Shown piece after piece: positions 60,182 through 64,000 of a stretch of 64,000 nt of DNA. Below the pieces are notes generated by a model, which saw nothing but the letters and a program-made list of their open reading frames with translations, was not told the origin of the DNA and searched no databases. A program made the position numbers and the translations under genes. Origin of the DNA: Rhodosorus marinus CCMP1338 (taxonomy: Eukaryota; Plantae; Rhodophyta); the NCBI GenBank assembly GCA_029953675.1, contig JAMWBK010000008.1:1302001-1366000 (forward strand), written 5' to 3'. How positions within the stretch are numbered: position 1 is the first letter of the stretch; each line of letters opens with the position of its first letter.

Positions 60182-60476
60182 TCATCTTCCCAGCCTGAAA
60201 ACAAACAAAAAGCAGGCAGGCCAAGAAGAGGCACAAGAGCGGTACGCTTAATGACAGAGAGATCCTCTCAAATCTCTTTGGATGCATATCAGCATCGTTC
60301 AACAATAAATGCACGAACACATATGCTAACTCCTCATCTTCCCAGCCCCGAAAAACAACAAAAGCAGCCGCGAGGCTAAGAAGAGCCGCAAGAGCGAGAG
60401 CGCTTAATGACAGAGGGATCCTCTCAAAACTCTTGGATGCATATCAGCATCGTTCAACAATAAACGCACACATATG
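60182..60476. repeat. 152-bp imperfect tandem duplication with a highly conserved ~65-bp core
   Basis: Copies start at 60182 and 60334 (TCATCTTCCCAGCC). Cores 60245-60309 and 60401-60464 differ by about 3 changes. Confidence 0.93.
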
Positions 60477-62949
60477 ATCATCGGAAGTTTTAAACAATAC
60501 AGCTGCAGGTATTATTTCCATTATATGATAATTATTTGAAACTATATTGAATAATGGATGAAAAGCGTGCGTTGGGATGAGATGATTAATATGTAATTTG
60601 CAAATATTTTAGCCTACGATGCTGGAGATGTTTTTTCTTTTCGAGCAGTTATTTCGGAACGGGTGATAGAGTGGACTTGGGTGGGGGGTTGGTGGGTGGG
60701 GATATGTGGCGGTCTTTATGAGTGAATTGTTGAGTGGTTTTTTTTTTTTGTTTTGGTAGATGACCATAAGAAGAGTCATAACGCTGTCAGGTTTGGCTAG
60801 ACGAGGCGGACCGATTCTAACATGCTTGTACGGATGAGGGGCATACTCGTAGAGTCTTTGGGCGCTGAGTACTTCATTTGAGACTCGGGACAAAGTGTCG
60901 AAGCTTGCTACTGTCTTCGAATTGCGACCGAAGCTCATCATCTCGTGGATAATCATATTGGGCCCTTGCTAATAGGCCTGTGAGGGATGAATTGGAAACG
61001 TTACCACGTCGATCGCGTTTTCAGCATACAGCTTGCACGGGTGGCTGAGACTGGATCCTCCTGATGCGCCGACCATATAATCCTGCTCATCTCCTGTGAG
61101 CTGGCGCCTATGCACCCAAACGCAGAACAGCAATGACCCTCTGTGCGTGGCTGGATTCTGGTTTCCACAGTCATTGGGGGAGAAACTCTCTTATATTCGG
61201 GAACTGATGTTGAACGGTCATTTCCATGCTCGTCCAGTTTCGATAGCCTGGCTGCTTAGCAGCTGAGCACAAAAATGTGCTCCACAGTTCAACATCAGAA
61301 ATCATGGAACAAGTCATCGAGCAGAAGCTTGATACAGGAACCAGCGGCATTGATAATCACACGAAATTCCTTGAGTCAAAGTGGCTCGACCTTCCACCAT
61401 TCATCAGCTTGGCATTTTCAGTTCAACAATTGTTTTGCAAGCACACAGCCGCCCTCCTCTCCCAGCTGCCATGACAGCAACCAAAAACACTTCCATCTAT
61501 CTCAAGAGGCTTTGGATGACCGGCTAAGTACAAACCCCCCCCCCGAAGTCATACTTTCTTACTAATGATCCCATGACAGGTTTTCCACTACCTCGGAAGC
61601 CCTCACGCCTACATCGACGAACAATATCCAGCTCCACAATGTCCTACTTTCATCCAGCCGCCTTCCCTCAAAACATCCCATCAGCTCTACAAACCTCCCC
61701 AAAAAGCTTCACATCCCATAGAAAAGCATAACGCGAAACACCCCTTACCATTCCCACCACCACCCGAAAACACTGAATCCAAAAACCAACAGAAAAGAAA
61801 AGATACAGCTCAGAGAATCTCGATCAGGGTCAGTGCCAAACGCCATCCAAATCCCGCCACCCAATCACACCAGCGTCCCCAACCCCACATCGATCCAAAC
61901 TCCACACCGGAACCAAAACCCTCGCCGCATCCAAATCATGTACAATTCCGCTGACTTGATGAGCTCCACCTACTAAATCTCCTCAATCGCACGATTTCCA
62001 TTTCAAGCTTCGTTCAACCTTACAACGGAGGGTATGTACATTGATGAACGCACATCTCCAATCCCATCGGAAAGGTAGATCTCTTCAACGATCGGCGGTT
62101 TGTTGATTCCTTTCGTTAAAACCTCCTTATCGCACTTAATGACGTCAAGCTCAACCACAATCGGCTCATTGGCCTCCAACTCCGACCAACTCGAGCTCCA
62201 ACAACTGATAATTGTTGCTCTAAATAACGTCTTCACATGCATGCTCACTAACACCAAACACCTAGTTCAGGACAGCTTGTCACAACATAAATCCTGTCAG
62301 AATCCAATTATGGAATGCTCCAGATCCAGGACGCCAAACCCAAACCCCCACCATCGATTTCAATCAAAATTCTCATCTATTCAATCAACATTCGAATGAC
62401 AAAAAGGCAGCTCATTCTGATATGGCGACGATTGTTCGTAAACCAATGAAAACCCAGACGTAGTCAAACCGTTGAGATTTTAATCCATCCAGGCGTGAAC
62501 AATTTTTATTGAAATGGGAGTAAAACTAGAAGAAATATACAAGTATCTCGATCAATACTAGAATAGTTAGTTATGATTGGTTAAATTAGAAGATATCTCT
62601 CTGGTTAGGTTTCTTGCTGAACGCCAAAAAGGAAAGCCGAGCAAGTCCCGCCCGGAGGTCTCTTTTTAATCGATTGGAGAGGTATTTAAGATTTTTTTTT
62701 TTTTTACGTGTTTCTAAAGGGGGGAGGTGGGAATGGAGAGATATTTAGTTGGGGTCATATGAAGACATTTCGGCAGTTGAGGGTGCGAGAGAGGAGGGAC
62801 GAGGGAGGGTGAGTGTGGGAAAGCCGATTTATGGAGTTGAAAGGATCTGTGGATTGGGCTTGGCTATTGGAGGAGGATTGAGAATATCTGTTAGGGACTT
62901 CGGGCGTTGATTTAGGGGGAGTGGCGGAGATTTATTTTTTGTTATTGAG

Positions 62950-64000
62950 ATGGAGTTGGGATTTGTGGTTTCTGTTGGTGTAGTTGGGAAGGGAAGGCGG
63001 GATGTGTGTGCGAAGGTGGTGAGTGCGTCGGGTGTGACGGATGTTAGAGTGGGTCATGCTGCCTCTCATGCCCTGGATATGGGGAGGGTTGGGACTTTGG
63101 GGACCACGGCGGGAGGAAAAGACTGTGAGACGGGGGCGGTCCACGTGGTAGTCGGGGATAACAAGGATCAAGGGAAGATGCTGAGTTTCGTAGCCCAGAA
63201 GCCGAAAAAGGGGGCGGTACTGCCTATACAATCCGACTTGAGCGTGAACGTTCACTCTGGTCTTAGCGAATCAGAGGCTGGGACCTTGTCGATTCTCGCG
63301 CTGAACTTGGTTGGCGCTCTGGAAGCTCAAGGAGTCGATCAGAGAAAGGATTTCAAAGGGAAAAAGGTAAGTCTGTTATTTAAAAGTGGAACTCTGCCGT
63401 ACTCCCAAATCAAAGTCCTGTAAACTACCAAAACGACCGAACTCATCTAACCTCTTGTGGACTCGTGTGCCCCCAGGCCGTCGTCTTGGGAGGGATAGAT
63501 GGAGGTTGTGCTTCAGTATCTACTCAATTATTATCAGCGTGGGGTGCTGACGTGGTTGCAGTCACAACTTCAAACGCCTACAAGAACACTGCGATCGGTG
63601 CCAAGAAGGTTATAGACCCTCGCAAAGTATCTTTTGCAGACGAGCTAGAGAGTTTCGACTTTGTCCTTGATACCCTAGGTGCGTTGGATGTCACCATCAT
63701 TGCAGCTGACATCATGCTAACCAGGTCAATGTTTTTCCGTGTTTTTCTACCATCGGTAGGCAATGAAGGACAAACAGGCGTCGTCCATACCCTTCGCAAG
63801 TCGTTCGGCGCAAAGTATGTCCCCACCGCTTCTCCGCTTCTATTGAGGGCATGCGGGGATGGCCTGCTTAGAGGCGGAGCAGCAATCGCCTCCCTGGTTA
63901 GGGGCAACCTCCCAAAGGACATTGCAGATCCGTTTCTGCCGTCAGACCGAGGAATCGACGTTGTGACCAATGCACTTCTGATGGCAGCGGAGGGATTGAT
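62950..64000 (+). CDS. Divergent MDR-family (quinone oxidoreductase-like) protein, probably plastid-targeted; 3' end off-window
   Basis: MELGFVV transit-like start and a GroES-like segment (GKDCETGAVHVVVG). After intron 63367-63476: AVVLGGIDGGCASVSTQLLSAWGADVVAV...GAKKVID...FDFVLDTLG. Confidence 0.75.

Noticed and set aside
60250-60262. ACAGAGA resembling the U6 snRNA ACAGAGA box
   Set aside because: The flanking U6 sequence (AGAUUAGCAUGGCCCC) is absent and the second copy reads ACAGAGG.
1-64000. tRNA, rRNA and spliceosomal snRNA genes
   Set aside because: No T-arm GTTCRANNC in a cloverleaf context and no U1, U2, U4, U5 or U6 signature was found by eye; a covariance-model scan could still find divergent ones.

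Overview
Gene-dense stretch of a compact eukaryotic nuclear genome with short GT-AG introns (mostly ~60-200 nt, CTAAC/CTAAT/CTCAC/CTTAC-type branch points). A red alga is the most likely source: three plastid-type genes start with M-E-x-(x)-F transit-peptide-like N-termini and have no signal peptide. That taxonomic call is inference. About 24 protein genes can be supported. In order: cytosolic homomeric acetyl-CoA carboxylase (3' end off-window), a divergent TRM10-family tRNA methyltransferase with a TRMT10C-like motif, Vps39-like, a bacterial-type alpha/beta hydrolase, a COG0523/CobW GTPase, a 53-aa twin-CX9C protein, HCF173-like, a PHO80/U-type cyclin, DDX21/RH7, TCP11, two divergent p24/TMED proteins, a DnaJ-type zinc-finger protein, GOSR1, EMC5, an F-box protein, an uncharacterised HAD protein, TBC1D22/GYP1, CGI121, thymidylate kinase, CNOT3 and a divergent MDR oxidoreductase (off-window). 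Several of these are invisible or fragmented in the ORF track and were assembled by manual splicing. Non-coding features are a 128-bp MITE-like inverted repeat, three tandem duplications, G-quadruplex motifs upstream of several genes, and large unexplained degenerate tracts at head-to-head gene junctions. No tRNA, rRNA, snRNA or CRISPR array was recognisable. I did not find a clearly identifiable novel multi-gene system. The best leads are the TRMT10C-like protein, the 152-bp duplicated structured element, the MITE and the unexplained tracts. All family assignments come from motif recognition and recall, not database searches.
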